This document shows positions 1-9,163 of a stretch of 57,191 nucleotides of DNA, in pieces. The notes under the pieces are model-generated. The model saw only the letters and a program-made list of their open reading frames with translations. It did no database searches and was not told where the DNA came from. Source of the DNA: Thermodesulfobacteriota bacterium (GTDB lineage: Bacteria > Desulfobacterota > RBG-13-43-22); assembly GCA_040755035.1 (NCBI GenBank), contig JBFMBU010000115.1:1-57191 (forward strand), given 5' to 3'. Each line of letters opens with the position of its first letter. Position 1 is the first letter of the stretch. The position numbers and the translations under genes are program-made.

Positions 1-1298
1 TGATAGGCAAAAACGCCGCCATCGGCCCAGTTTTTGGGGACATGGGTGAAAATATAAGTATAGATAGGGGATTTTTGTTTGGTGCTCATGGTCTTAAGAA
101 GATTTCCCATGGCTCCCAAACCTGTGGAGGGAATTTCTCCGCCACCCATACCGGCCATATAAGGTACGTCGTTGTGCAACCCGGCAGCAAAGATATTTCC
201 GATGGTATTCGGCAAATATAGGCCGTCAATGGTGAAGGCGCTGGTGTAGGAAGGAAGAGGGGGGTCACCTGGGGGTGCGGACTTTAAAACAGCATCCAGG
301 ACATCCTTCCAGGGCAGAGCCCGCAAGGCGGCCAATTCAACGGCCGGATTCGTGTCGGTAACCCCAGCTCTGATGGCCACATTCCTGCCCATCTGATGCG
401 CCGTGGTTAAGGCGGTGCCGGTGGTACTGAACCCGGCTTCGCAAATGGCCCGGTGGAACAATCCTTTGGCTTCCGGGGAGGCAACCAGGAAGTTGGTCTT
501 GGCTCCTCCGCCGGAATGCCCCCAGATGGTAACATTTTTAGGGTCCCCGCCGAAGTTGGCGATATTTCTCTTGACCCATTTCAGAGCGGCGATGAGGTCC
601 ATTTGACCGTAATTCCCGGACCCACTGTAACCTGACTCGGCAGACAGAGCCGGATGGGCCATATAGCCGAAAACACCGATCCGGTGCTGGACCGTCACCG
701 AAACCACCCCGTGCTGGGGAAGAGGCGGGCAGTTGTCGGACACCCGATTCACCGATCCTATGGTGAGCCCTCCTCCATGAAACAAAACCATGACCGGCAA
801 ACGTTCATGGGCGTGTCGGGCCGGGGTCTGGATGTTCAGGTAAAGGACATCTTCGCTCATCCCCTCCAGGGGGATGCTGTCATAGACCGGAGAAGCAGGA
901 TAGGATTGGGGGGCCATGGGAGCAAACTTGGTGCATTCCCGGATATGTTTCCAGGGAATGACCGGTTGGGGCGGTTTCCAGCGCAGATTCCCGACAGGTG
1001 GGGCGGCATAAGGGATTCCTCTGTAAATCCTCACCTTATGCCCAATTTCACCCAGCATGGCCTCGTAGGTTTTATAATAAGGGGAATCGGGAGGATAATA
1101 GGTGGACCCTTTGACATATAGGGAGTCAATGGTTGTCCCGGAAACCCAACCCCCTTCGGTCCAGATAGGATCCACCAGATGGGACCCGAGGTTTCCTCCA
1201 TACATAACGGCCGAGGCCTGACTTATGGGGATGAACATCAGACAGGTGGCTAAGATTAAAAAGAACCATTTCCCTCGTTGTTTTTCTTTTTTCTTCAT
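1..1298 (-). CDS. Secreted type-B carboxylesterase/lipase family protein (3' end runs off the window)
   Basis: Not in the ORF track because it has no stop in the window. Hand translation from ATG 1298 (AGGAGG RBS): N-terminal signal-like segment MKKKEKQRGKWFFLILATCLMFIPISQASA, GIPYAAPPVGNLRWKPP, SEDVLYLNI, FHGGG oxyanion motif, GNYGQMD, FGGDPKNVTIWGHSGG nucleophile motif. Confidence 0.9.
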   Translation of the reverse strand, partial: MKKKEKQRGKWFFLILATCLMFIPISQASAVMYGGNLGSHLVDPIWTEGGWVSGTTIDSLYVKGSTYYPPDSPYYKTYEAMLGEIGHKVRIYRGIPYAAPPVGNLRWKPPQPVIPWKHIRECTKFAPMAPQSYPASPVYDSIPLEGMSEDVLYLNIQTPARHAHERLPVMVLFHGGGLTIGSVNRVSDNCPPLPQHGVVSVTVQHRIGVFGYMAHPALSAESGYSGSGNYGQMDLIAALKWVKRNIANFGGDPKNVTIWGHSGGGAKTNFLVASPEAKGLFHRAICEAGFSTTGTALTTAHQMGRNVAIRAGVTDTNPAVELAALRALPWKDVLDAVLKSAPPGDPPLPSYTSAFTIDGLYLPNTIGNIFAAGLHNDVPYMAGMGGGEIPSTGLGAMGNLLKTMSTKQKSPIYTYIFTHVPKNWADGGVFAY

Positions 1299-1398
1299 GG
1301 TTGTCCTCCTTCTTTCATGGCAGAGTTAATGGACATAGGTTCCCTTTCCTACATGGATTGTTTTTTTTCCTTATCACCTCCCTTGCTCTTTAGGTTTC

Positions 1399-1414
1399 TG
1401 CAAACAAATTGCCC
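1399..1414 (-). promoter_or_regulatory. Putative sigma54 -24/-12 promoter for the carboxylesterase
   Basis: Minus strand GGGCAATTTGTTTGCA = GG-N10-GC, about 100 nt upstream of ATG 1298 and downstream of a sigma54 activator gene. Confidence 0.55.
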
Positions 1415-1516
1415 CCTTTTTTTAAGGCCTTAGTGGCTTGAGACGATCGTCTCCTTTCCTTAAAAATCAGGTTTCTCCTCCTTGGAGGAAAAAGACGCCA
1501 TATGCCTATAAAAAGC

Positions 1517-1861
1517 TCAAGCCTTTTCCGGCAGGAAAGGCCTTTTACTGTTGGCGATCAAGTCTGTCAGCATCTCTCCGTTGGCCAGTCCCAGGATGCG
1601 TCCTTTCTCCTTGCCGCCCTCCAGGATTAAAATGGTCGGTGTTCCTATGACCAGGTATTTTTTCTTAAAGGCTTCGATGAATTCTTCCTGCACCAGACCC
1701 ACTTTTATTTCTCGGTCGTGGTTTGCAGCGATTTCCTCGATGATTTTTAATTGTTGCGGAAACTGGTCGTCCCGGGGCATGCATAAAACGAGCACAGGTC
1801 TGGTTTCGGCCATCACCTCCCGGTCAAAATTTTCCGGTTGAATTCGGTAAATCAGGGTCAT
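1517..1861 (-). CDS. Thioredoxin-fold protein lacking the CxxC active site
   Basis: ENFDREVMAETRPVLV and KYLVIGTPTILILEGGKEKGRILG match the thioredoxin pattern including the cis-Pro. There is only one Cys and no WCxxC. Confidence 0.75.
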   Translation of the reverse strand: MTLIYRIQPENFDREVMAETRPVLVLCMPRDDQFPQQLKIIEEIAANHDREIKVGLVQEEFIEAFKKKYLVIGTPTILILEGGKEKGRILGLANGEMLTDLIANSKRPFLPEKA

Positions 1862-2083
1862 CAGCGTTCAGATCCGAACACTCCAAAGATCGAAAGAATG
1901 AAATATCATCTGCCAAACCCATTCTTTCTACCGTTGTCTCGCCATAAGGCATAAACGGATAGGATCAGACAGAGCACGTTGAATTAGTAAAAGGGTTAAG
2001 CCGGTTTGGTTAGGAAAAATTCCGATTGGGGTTGGTGCCCACCTCAGAGGGCAGGCCTTTCTGTATAAACAAAAATAGTAAGT

Positions 2084-2100
2084 TACAAGAACCATGCCCG
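2084..2100 (-). promoter_or_regulatory. Putative sigma54 promoter (-12 GT variant)
   Basis: Minus strand CGGGCATGGTTCTTGTA (GG-N10-GT). An AT-rich tract and a palindromic UAS lie upstream. Confidence 0.45.
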
Positions 2101-2189
2101 GCAGGGATAGAAAAGATAAAATTGCAATCCTTTGTAATGTATTAAAAATATATTTTTAAAAATAAGGCCGGGACCTTAGAAAGGTGGGT

Positions 2190-2226
2190 CATGTCTCATA
2201 ATGGGACAATCCAATATGAGACATGT
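2190..2226. promoter_or_regulatory. Putative upstream activator sequence (bEBP binding sites)
   Basis: Perfect 11-bp inverted repeat CATGTCTCATA (2190-2200) / TATGAGACATG (2216-2226), with the overlapping dyad TGTCTCATAATGGGACA (2192-2208). It lies immediately after the activator stop codon. Confidence 0.55.
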
Positions 2227-2234
2227 CGACGGGG

Positions 2235-4388
2235 TTAGAGGGATTTAGGGGAAAATGCCTGATCCTGGATTTTACGATGCAGGGTTCGCCGGCTGATGCC
2301 CAACAAGCGGGCAGCTTTGGTTTTGTTCCAATGCGTTTGTTCCAGGGCTTCCAATATCTTCGGCAGATCGACCGATACCCCTGTTTGACCTCCCCTTCCG
2401 GAAAGGGGTGCTGGCAGGTTTTGTGTCCTGATTTCGATCGGCAAATGCTCCAGGGCGATAATCCCCCCTCGACAGAGCACAAAGGCATGTTCCAATACAT
2501 GCTCCAATTCCCTTATGTTGCCGGGCCAGGGGTATTCCATAAAGAGTTTAAGGACCTCATTGGAAACCCCTTCGATGTTTTTTTTGAATTGTTGGTTGAA
2601 AACCTGGTTGAAGTAATCAACCAGCAGGGGCAGATCCTCAAGCCGTTGACGAAGGGGCGGCAAGGCGATTTCCATCACTTTCAGCCGATAGTAAAGATCC
2701 AGACGGAACTCTCCTTTCATGACTTTCTCTTTCAGTGCCCTGTTGGTGCAGGCCACCACCCGGACGTCGGCCTTTCGAGTCACCGATTCTCCAACCCTTT
2801 CAAATTCCTTTTCCTGCAGGACCCGGAGTAGTTTCATCTGGATGTAAGGGGAAATATCTCCGATTTCATCCAAAAGGATCGTGCCCCCCTGTGCCGCTTG
2901 AAACCGTCCCTGTTTGTCCCTGATGGCCCCGGTAAAGGCCCCCTTGACGTGACCGAAGAGCTCACTTTCCAACAAGCTCTCACTCAGGGCCGAGCAATTT
3001 ACCGTTACCAAGGGTTTGAAAGCCCGTTGTCCGCTGTAATGCAGGGCCTTGGCCACCATATCTTTGCCCGTTCCGCTTTCACCGGTGATTAAAACGGTGG
3101 TTTCCAGATTGGCCAGGTCTTCCAGGAGCGCATATATTTCCTGCATTTTTTTGCTTCTGCCGATTATTTTATGAAACCGGTGCCTTTCCCTTAACTCCCT
3201 TTCCAAATCCTTGAGCAACGTAATATCCCTGATCACCAGGACGGCCCCCCTGAAATGGCCTTCCGCATCAAGAAGAGGTGAACTGGTCACGCTGACCATT
3301 TGTCTGGGCCGATGGGCATGACCGCATTCGGTCCGATACTCCTTGACCGTAATTTTTTTATTGAGGGTCTGTCTGAGGACTTCCATACAGGATTGCCGGC
3401 AATGATTCATACACCGGGTAAGCTTCCTGCCGGAGATATCCTTTATGGAGACCCCGCAAATGGTCTCCGTGGATTTGTTGACTTCCAGGACCTTTACTTC
3501 CGTGTCTACGGTAATGACCGCATCGTTGACGCTGCCGAAAATGGCGGTCAAGAGACTGCGATGTCCGGCCAGCTCTTTTTCCGCTTCCTTCCGCTGTTGA
3601 ATATCGCTGGTGACCACTCGAAAGCCGGTGATCTCCCCGGTTTTATCCCGCATCAGGGTGATGGAATCCTCGATGAACCGCCTTTTTCCGTCCCGGCGAA
3701 TGATTTCGTAACTGAATTTGGCAGGGGCACCGGTCCGATACACCTTGTTGTAAGCGCGGAAAACGGCTTCGGCCGTTTCCCGGTCCAGATAGTCCCGGTA
3801 GTTCAGGCCGGCACCTGCTTCCACAGAGCCCCCTAAAATTTTTGCGCCCCCTTGGTTGACGAAGGTAATATTCCCTTTCAGATCGACTTCGGCCAGCCCG
3901 TCCTCAATCTGTTCAATCATCTTTCGATACCTGTGCAGAAAAGACCGGTAGGCCCTTTCCACTTCCATAAACTTGTTGATATCGTTCAGATGACCGAAGT
4001 AGGTCACCTTGCCATCCACCAAGGTCCGGCTGCTGTCTGTACGCACCCAGACGGCGGAGCCGTTTTTTCTGATCATTCTAAAGACATGTTCGCTGGGGAT
4101 TTCCAAGTCCTTTTCTTCCGGGAGTTCTTGGATTTCCAGATTATATCGTTCCTGGTCGCTTGGAAAAACCAGGTCTGGAAAAGATTTGCCGATCAGTTCA
4201 TCGGGCTGATCATAACCCAGTATGGAACAGAAATAAGGATTGACATACTGTAGGCGGCCGTCTTGAATAATGTAGAGACCGACATGGGAGTTTTCACAAA
4301 TCGACCGGTAATCCATTTCCAACCCCTGCCGGTTGGAAAGCAAGCCAGGGGTTGAAGCGGCGAACGATTTCTTGTTTTTCGTCTTCAT
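2235..4388 (-). CDS. Sigma54-dependent transcriptional activator with three PAS domains and a Fis-type HTH
   Basis: Three PAS/PAC repeats, GESGTGKD Walker A, ESELFGHVKGAFTGA, LLDEIGD, WPGNIRELE and a C-terminal NKTKAARLLGISRRTLHRK HTH. Confidence 0.95.
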   Translation of the reverse strand: MKTKNKKSFAASTPGLLSNRQGLEMDYRSICENSHVGLYIIQDGRLQYVNPYFCSILGYDQPDELIGKSFPDLVFPSDQERYNLEIQELPEEKDLEIPSEHVFRMIRKNGSAVWVRTDSSRTLVDGKVTYFGHLNDINKFMEVERAYRSFLHRYRKMIEQIEDGLAEVDLKGNITFVNQGGAKILGGSVEAGAGLNYRDYLDRETAEAVFRAYNKVYRTGAPAKFSYEIIRRDGKRRFIEDSITLMRDKTGEITGFRVVTSDIQQRKEAEKELAGHRSLLTAIFGSVNDAVITVDTEVKVLEVNKSTETICGVSIKDISGRKLTRCMNHCRQSCMEVLRQTLNKKITVKEYRTECGHAHRPRQMVSVTSSPLLDAEGHFRGAVLVIRDITLLKDLERELRERHRFHKIIGRSKKMQEIYALLEDLANLETTVLITGESGTGKDMVAKALHYSGQRAFKPLVTVNCSALSESLLESELFGHVKGAFTGAIRDKQGRFQAAQGGTILLDEIGDISPYIQMKLLRVLQEKEFERVGESVTRKADVRVVACTNRALKEKVMKGEFRLDLYYRLKVMEIALPPLRQRLEDLPLLVDYFNQVFNQQFKKNIEGVSNEVLKLFMEYPWPGNIRELEHVLEHAFVLCRGGIIALEHLPIEIRTQNLPAPLSGRGGQTGVSVDLPKILEALEQTHWNKTKAARLLGISRRTLHRKIQDQAFSPKSL

Positions 4389-4551
4389 TTTTTCCCTTCA
4401 GCCTTAAAGCGGGGCAGATGGCCGCTATTTTATTAAAATAATAAGTATAAAAACAGAGCTGCTTGAAATGTCAAGAAAAAGAAGAAAAAGGAATTCTTTT
4501 CTGATGCGGACCTTTTGTTGGGATGGATGATGCTATGGGTGCAAGGGAATA

Positions 4552-4580
4552 TTGACAGGGTCAGATCAAACAGGTAAGGT
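4552..4580 (+). promoter_or_regulatory. Sigma70-type promoter for aroF
   Basis: TTGACA-17 bp-TAAGGT. Confidence 0.55.
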
Positions 4581-4651
4581 GGGTCCATGGTGGGGAAATA
4601 AACGGCCCCAAGCGCAGCCGGCTCCTTCGGGGTCGAAACGGGAGATTTTTT

Positions 4652-5665
4652 ATGATCATTATTTTAAAACCGACAGCTACCAAAAAGGACGCTGATGAAA
4701 TCATCGCTCAGATCGAGGGCCTGGGCCTAAAACCGCTGTACATGCCGGGAACGGAAAGGACCGTGCTGGGGGCCATCGGTGACGAAAGGGTCATTGCTGG
4801 TCTGCATCTGGAAAGCCATCCCTTAGTGGAAAGGATCACCCCGATCCTGACCCCTTACAAGATGGTCAGCCGCGACCTTCACCAGGAAAACACCGTGGTT
4901 CAAATCGGCGGCCTTCCGGTGGGGGGAAGGCGACTGGTGGTCATAGCCGGTCCCTGTGCGGTGGAGAGCCGGGAACAGATGCTGGCCACGGCCCTGGCGG
5001 TGAAAGAGGCCGGAGGCCATGGCCTGCGGGGCGGGGCCTTCAAACCTCGCTCCAGTCCCTACAGTTTTCAGGGGTTGGGGGTGAAAGGGCTTCGTCTCCT
5101 CAAGGAAGCCGGTGAAGAGACCGGGTTGCCCATTACCACCGAAGTGGTGGAGGCCGGTGACGTTCCCACGGTGGAAGGGTTGGCTGACGCCCTGCAGGTG
5201 GGGGCGCGCAACATGCAGAATTTCAGACTCCTGACTAAATTAGGCCGCAGTCGCAAACCGGTGATTTTAAAGCGAGGGATGGCGGCCACGGTGGAAGACC
5301 TGCTCTTAGCCGCCGAATATATCGTCGCCGAGGGAAATCCCAACGTCATCCTCTGCGAACGGGGGATTCGCACCTTTGAAACGGCAACACGCAACACCCT
5401 GGACCTGAACGCCGTCCCCTTTCTCAAGCAGAAAAGCCATCTTCCGGTCATCGTTGATCCCTCGCACGGTACGGGTGTTCGGGATCTGGTGGCCCCCATG
5501 GCCAAGGCGGCCGTGGCCTGCGGCGCCGACGGCCTATTAATTGAAGTCCATTGTAACCCCAAAGAGGCCCTCTCGGACGGGCAGCAATCGCTCTTCCCGG
5601 ACCAATTTTCAAAACTGATGAAAGAACTGCGTCCTTTTGTTAGAGCTGTGGGAAAAGAGCTTTAG
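4652..5665 (+). CDS. aroF: 3-deoxy-7-phosphoheptulonate (DAHP) synthase, class I-beta with N-terminal regulatory domain
   Basis: IAGPCAVES, RGGAFKPRSSPYSFQG, GARNMQNF, LCERGIRTFE, DPSHGTG and ALSDGQQSL motifs. Confidence 0.95.
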   Translation: MIIILKPTATKKDADEIIAQIEGLGLKPLYMPGTERTVLGAIGDERVIAGLHLESHPLVERITPILTPYKMVSRDLHQENTVVQIGGLPVGGRRLVVIAGPCAVESREQMLATALAVKEAGGHGLRGGAFKPRSSPYSFQGLGVKGLRLLKEAGEETGLPITTEVVEAGDVPTVEGLADALQVGARNMQNFRLLTKLGRSRKPVILKRGMAATVEDLLLAAEYIVAEGNPNVILCERGIRTFETATRNTLDLNAVPFLKQKSHLPVIVDPSHGTGVRDLVAPMAKAAVACGADGLLIEVHCNPKEALSDGQQSLFPDQFSKLMKELRPFVRAVGKEL

Positions 5666-5676
5666 CATGAAGATAC

Positions 5677-5718
5677 CGTTCGTCGTTCATCGTTCGTCGT
5701 TCATCGTTCGGCGTTCGG
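5677..5718. repeat. Heptamer tandem array (CGTTCRK) x6
   Basis: CGTTCGT CGTTCAT CGTTCGT CGTTCAT CGTTCGG CGTTCGG, directly after the aroF stop. Confidence 0.9.
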
Positions 5719-5780
5719 CGAAAAACCTTTTTCATGCTTTGTAGTGCCCAACCGGGTCTGAGGGTTAACCATGTCCAACC

Positions 5781-6044
5781 GACCATTTCGGTAACCTCAT
5801 CACCAATATCAGCCAGGAAATGCTGGCACATTGGAACAACATCTCGCTCGAAATGCGGATTACTGTTGGCGGTCAGGAGATATCGGGCATCCATCAAACC
5901 TATACCCAGGCCCGGCCCGGTCACCTACTGGTCCTGATCGGCAGTATGGGATATCTGGAGATCGCCTGCAATCTGGGACGGGCCTCTGATCTTTTGGGCT
6001 TTAAGGGGGGGGAGGAAATGAAAGTCAAGGTCTGGGTCGGCTGA
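5781..6044 (+). pseudogene. C-terminal fragment of a SAM-dependent chlorinase/fluorinase (SAM hydroxide adenosyltransferase) family gene
   Basis: Frame reads DHFGNLITNI...LLVLIGSMGYLEIACNLGRASDLLG, the family C-terminal domain. An in-frame TAA at 5766-5768 lies just upstream and there is no N-terminal domain. Confidence 0.8.
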
Positions 6045-6072
6045 TCAGGGAGAAGATATTCCGGTCAGCAGT

Positions 6073-6093
6073 AATCCGCAATCCGAAATCCGA
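6073..6093. repeat. Heptamer tandem array AATCCG(C/A) x3
   Basis: AATCCGC AATCCGA AATCCGA. The same unit recurs at 15715-15733. Confidence 0.75.
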
Positions 6094-6141
6094 AATTTTA
6101 TCCAATTTGCTTAGAATTTTATTTTTAAGTAACAAAGGGGA

Positions 6142-7653
6142 TTAGTCCTCCTCACCCATTTCACTGACCACCTCTCTCTTGGTCTTCACCCAGGGCAACA
6201 TGGGCAGGATGAGCAAGGTGATGACCACCAGGACGATGACCAGGGAAATAGGTCTGGTGAAGAAGATTCCGGCACCCCCGTTGGACATGATCAAGGCCTG
6301 GCGCAGGGCGTTCTCCATCATCGGTCCCAGGACCAGGGCCAGGACCAGGGGAGCGGCTTCGTAATTGAACTTTTTCATCAGATACCCCAATCCGCCGAAG
6401 ACCAGCATCAATCCGATTTCAGCCACGTTATTGTTCAGGCTGTAAACCCCGATTAAGCAGAAAAGCAAAATAAGGGGGAAGAGCACGGGGTAGGGGATCT
6501 TTAATATTTTTACCCAAAGGCCGATCAGGGGCAGGTTCAGAACCAGGAGCATAATATTACCGATATACATGCTGGTCACCGCACCCCAGAAAAGATCCGG
6601 ATGTTGTTGGATAAGCATGGGCCCGGGTTGCATGCCGTAAATAATCAAGGCCCCCAATAGCATGGCCATAACCGCATTGGAGGGGAGTCCCAGGGTAAAC
6701 AGGGGGATGAAGGCCCCGCCAGTAGCGGCGTTGTTGGCCGATTCCGGACCGGCCAGACCTTCAATGACGCCGGTCCCGAATTTTTCCGGATGAGGGGAGA
6801 CCTTTTTTTCCACGGCATAGGAAACAAAAGAAGAGATCACCGCCCCACCGCCGGGCAGGATACCCAGGAAAAAACCTATCACTGACCCACGAATAATAGG
6901 CCAGGTACTGTCTTTCCAGTCCTTCAGATTGGGCAACAGCCCTTTAATCTTGGTTTTAAAAACCTCCTGTTTCAATCCGGCCTCTACGTTCAGGAGCACT
7001 TCCGAGATGCCGAAAAGGCCCATGACCGCCGGAACCAGGCCCACCCCGTCATTGAGGAAAAAAAAACCAAGGGTAAAACGGGGGGTAGCGGTCATAATAT
7101 CCATACCCACCAGACCGAGAAAAAGACCGAAGGCGGCCATGAGCAGGGCCTTGGGCATGGACCCGCCGGCCAGAAAGGTGAGGATAACCAGACCCAGGAG
7201 CATGAGGGCGAAATACTCCGGCGGCCCGAATTTGAGGGCCATTTCCGCCAGGGGCGGGGCCAGAAACATCAGGCCGATAATAGAAATCGTACCGGCGAAA
7301 AAGGAACCGAAGGCGGCCATGCCCAAAGCCGGACCGGCCCGTCCCTTGCGGGCCATTTGATATCCCTCCAGACAGGTGACCACCGAGGCCGCCTCCCCGG
7401 GGATGTTGACCAGGATGGAGGTGGTGGAGCCGCCGTACATGGCCCCATAATAAATGCCGGCCAGCATGATTACGGCCGAAACCGGAGAGACGTGAAAGGT
7501 GCTGGGCAGGAGCAAAGACATGGCTGCCACCGGACCCAAACCGGGAAGGACCCCTACCAGGGTCCCGATCAGGACACCGATAAAACAGAAAAAAAGGTTC
7601 ATCGGCTCCAAGGCCACCTGAAACCCCAAAAGTATGTTGCCGAAAATATCCAT
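6142..7653 (-). CDS. tctA: Tripartite tricarboxylate transporter large permease
   Basis: GTLVGVLPGLG, YYGAMYGGSTTSILVNIPGE, GPESANNA and PLFTLGLP motifs. The start is moved to MDIFGN (7653), just after the tctB stop. Confidence 0.93.
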   Translation of the reverse strand: MDIFGNILLGFQVALEPMNLFFCFIGVLIGTLVGVLPGLGPVAAMSLLLPSTFHVSPVSAVIMLAGIYYGAMYGGSTTSILVNIPGEAASVVTCLEGYQMARKGRAGPALGMAAFGSFFAGTISIIGLMFLAPPLAEMALKFGPPEYFALMLLGLVILTFLAGGSMPKALLMAAFGLFLGLVGMDIMTATPRFTLGFFFLNDGVGLVPAVMGLFGISEVLLNVEAGLKQEVFKTKIKGLLPNLKDWKDSTWPIIRGSVIGFFLGILPGGGAVISSFVSYAVEKKVSPHPEKFGTGVIEGLAGPESANNAATGGAFIPLFTLGLPSNAVMAMLLGALIIYGMQPGPMLIQQHPDLFWGAVTSMYIGNIMLLVLNLPLIGLWVKILKIPYPVLFPLILLFCLIGVYSLNNNVAEIGLMLVFGGLGYLMKKFNYEAAPLVLALVLGPMMENALRQALIMSNGGAGIFFTRPISLVIVLVVITLLILPMLPWVKTKREVVSEMGEED

Positions 7654-7654
7654 G

Positions 7655-8110
7655 CTAAAATCCCAGAAACCCGGTAGGAAGTTGGGCTTTAAGCCACAGT
7701 TCAAAGATCAGGTATGAGGCCCCGGAGAACAGCAAAGCCCCTATCAGACATTTCACCCACGGTGTGGGTTCCATGACCCGCAGCAGAAAGGCGATTAAAA
7801 GAAAGGTATCCAACAAAAAACCGAAGATACGGAACAGGAGGGTATAGAGGACCAAGGCACCCATGACCATCAATACCTTGGGCCAATGGGTCTTGGCCCA
7901 CAGAGCGCTGAAGGTGCCTCGGACATTGCCGGCATACTGCTGAAAAAAAACCAGGATCGCCAGACCGGTGATGGCCACCCCGGCCAGGAAAGGGAGAAAT
8001 CCCGGGCCGGGAACGGATAGAGTCCCCAGCCCGTATTTTCTTGAAAAAAAGATAATGGCCAAACCGACGGCAAACCAGAAAATACTGGATCGCTGGTCGT
8101 TGTTTTTCAT
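7655..8110 (-). CDS. tctB: Tripartite tricarboxylate transporter small membrane subunit
   Basis: Four TM segments, PGPGFLP and C-terminal FELWLKAQLPTG. It sits between tctC and tctA. Confidence 0.9.
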   Translation of the reverse strand: MKNNDQRSSIFWFAVGLAIIFFSRKYGLGTLSVPGPGFLPFLAGVAITGLAILVFFQQYAGNVRGTFSALWAKTHWPKVLMVMGALVLYTLLFRIFGFLLDTFLLIAFLLRVMEPTPWVKCLIGALLFSGASYLIFELWLKAQLPTGFLGF

Positions 8111-8114
8111 CGGC

Positions 8115-9083
8115 TTACTTTTTGAGACCGATCCCCAGACCTTTTATCAGTTCGCCTGTTTCCTGATAATCCCGTTGGATCAGTTTGGTCAGGTCCTGGC
8201 TGCCCAGATAGGCCGGGGGAAGGTCGAATTTATCCATGGCATCCAGGAAGGCCTTGGATTTCATGGCCTGGGCAAAGGCATTTTGCAGTTTTTCCACCAC
8301 CGCCGGGGGCATTCCGGCCGGGCCCATAAAGCTTAATCCGGAATGGACTGAAAACTTGATCCCCTTTTCAATCAAGGTGGGGACGTTGGGAAAGGCCTTC
8401 ATCCGCTGATCGGTACAGACCACCAAGAGCCGCAGTTTTCCGGCTAGGACGTGTTCTTTCCACTCCGGGGTCTGAGATACCACCTGGACATGTCCGCCGA
8501 GCAGGGCGGCCACGGCCTGAGTACCCCCGGCGAAGGGGATATGATCCCACTTGATCCCGTACCGTTTGGCCAGGTACTCCATTACTAAATGTTGACCGGA
8601 TCCCAAGCCGGAGGTGGCGTATTTAATTTTGTTGGGGTTTTTCTTGGCGTAGTCCAGCAGTTCCTCCAGGGTCTTCCAGGGGGCGTCGGCGGCGACAACG
8701 ATACCGTACTGATAGAGACCGTATTGCATGATAAAGGTGAAATCCTTCAGAGGATCATAGGGAACGGCCTGAAGATGAGGGATACGGCAAAAATTTGCTG
8801 TGGGTGCGTTGTATATAGTGTACCCGTCCGGTTTGTCCCCTTTGACCCGGCCCAGGACCAGGGTCCCGGAGGCCCCCACCTGATTGCTGCAAACTACGGG
8901 CTGTTTTAAAATATTGGCTACTTCCGAAGCCAGGGCGCGGGTAGTCAGGTCCGTCGATCCGCCTGCGGCATAACCGATCAGCACATTTATCGGTTTATTG
9001 GGATAGTCGGAGCCGAATACGGACCCGGAAACCAAGAGGCAGAGCATCAATGTTAACCCCACCCATATCCCTCTGTTTTTCAT
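8115..9083 (-). CDS. tctC: Tripartite tricarboxylate transporter substrate-binding protein (Bug family)
   Basis: Signal peptide, YPNKPINVLIGYAAGGSTD, KPDGYT, SGLGSGQHL and PNVPTL motifs. Confidence 0.93.
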   Translation of the reverse strand: MKNRGIWVGLTLMLCLLVSGSVFGSDYPNKPINVLIGYAAGGSTDLTTRALASEVANILKQPVVCSNQVGASGTLVLGRVKGDKPDGYTIYNAPTANFCRIPHLQAVPYDPLKDFTFIMQYGLYQYGIVVAADAPWKTLEELLDYAKKNPNKIKYATSGLGSGQHLVMEYLAKRYGIKWDHIPFAGGTQAVAALLGGHVQVVSQTPEWKEHVLAGKLRLLVVCTDQRMKAFPNVPTLIEKGIKFSVHSGLSFMGPAGMPPAVVEKLQNAFAQAMKSKAFLDAMDKFDLPPAYLGSQDLTKLIQRDYQETGELIKGLGIGLKK

Positions 9084-9097
9084 AACCCTTCTCCTTT

Positions 9098-9163
9098 CTT
9101 TACTGATTTTTTACTGATTCTTTACTGGATCTTTCCCGATTCTTTTCCGATTCTTTCCCGAAC
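9098..9163. repeat. Six tandem 11-bp repeats in the tctC upstream/5' UTR region
   Basis: CTTTACTGATT TTTTACTGATT CTTTACTGGAT CTTTCCCGATT CTTTTCCGATT CTTTCCCGAAC. Confidence 0.85.

Noticed and set aside
403-1121. Plus-strand ORFs at 403-606, 453-635 and 654-1121, and the minus-strand ORF at 86-268
   Set aside because: They are shadows of the carboxylesterase frame, which is missing from the track only because it runs off the window.
4581-4651. Possible attenuator or leader peptide before aroF
   Set aside because: The only mini-ORF (MVGK) has no aromatic codons, and no convincing terminator/antiterminator pair is visible.
5677-9163. Tandem arrays considered as CRISPR
   Set aside because: The units are 7 or 11 bp with no spacers and there are no cas genes. 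No CRISPR array is seen in the window.
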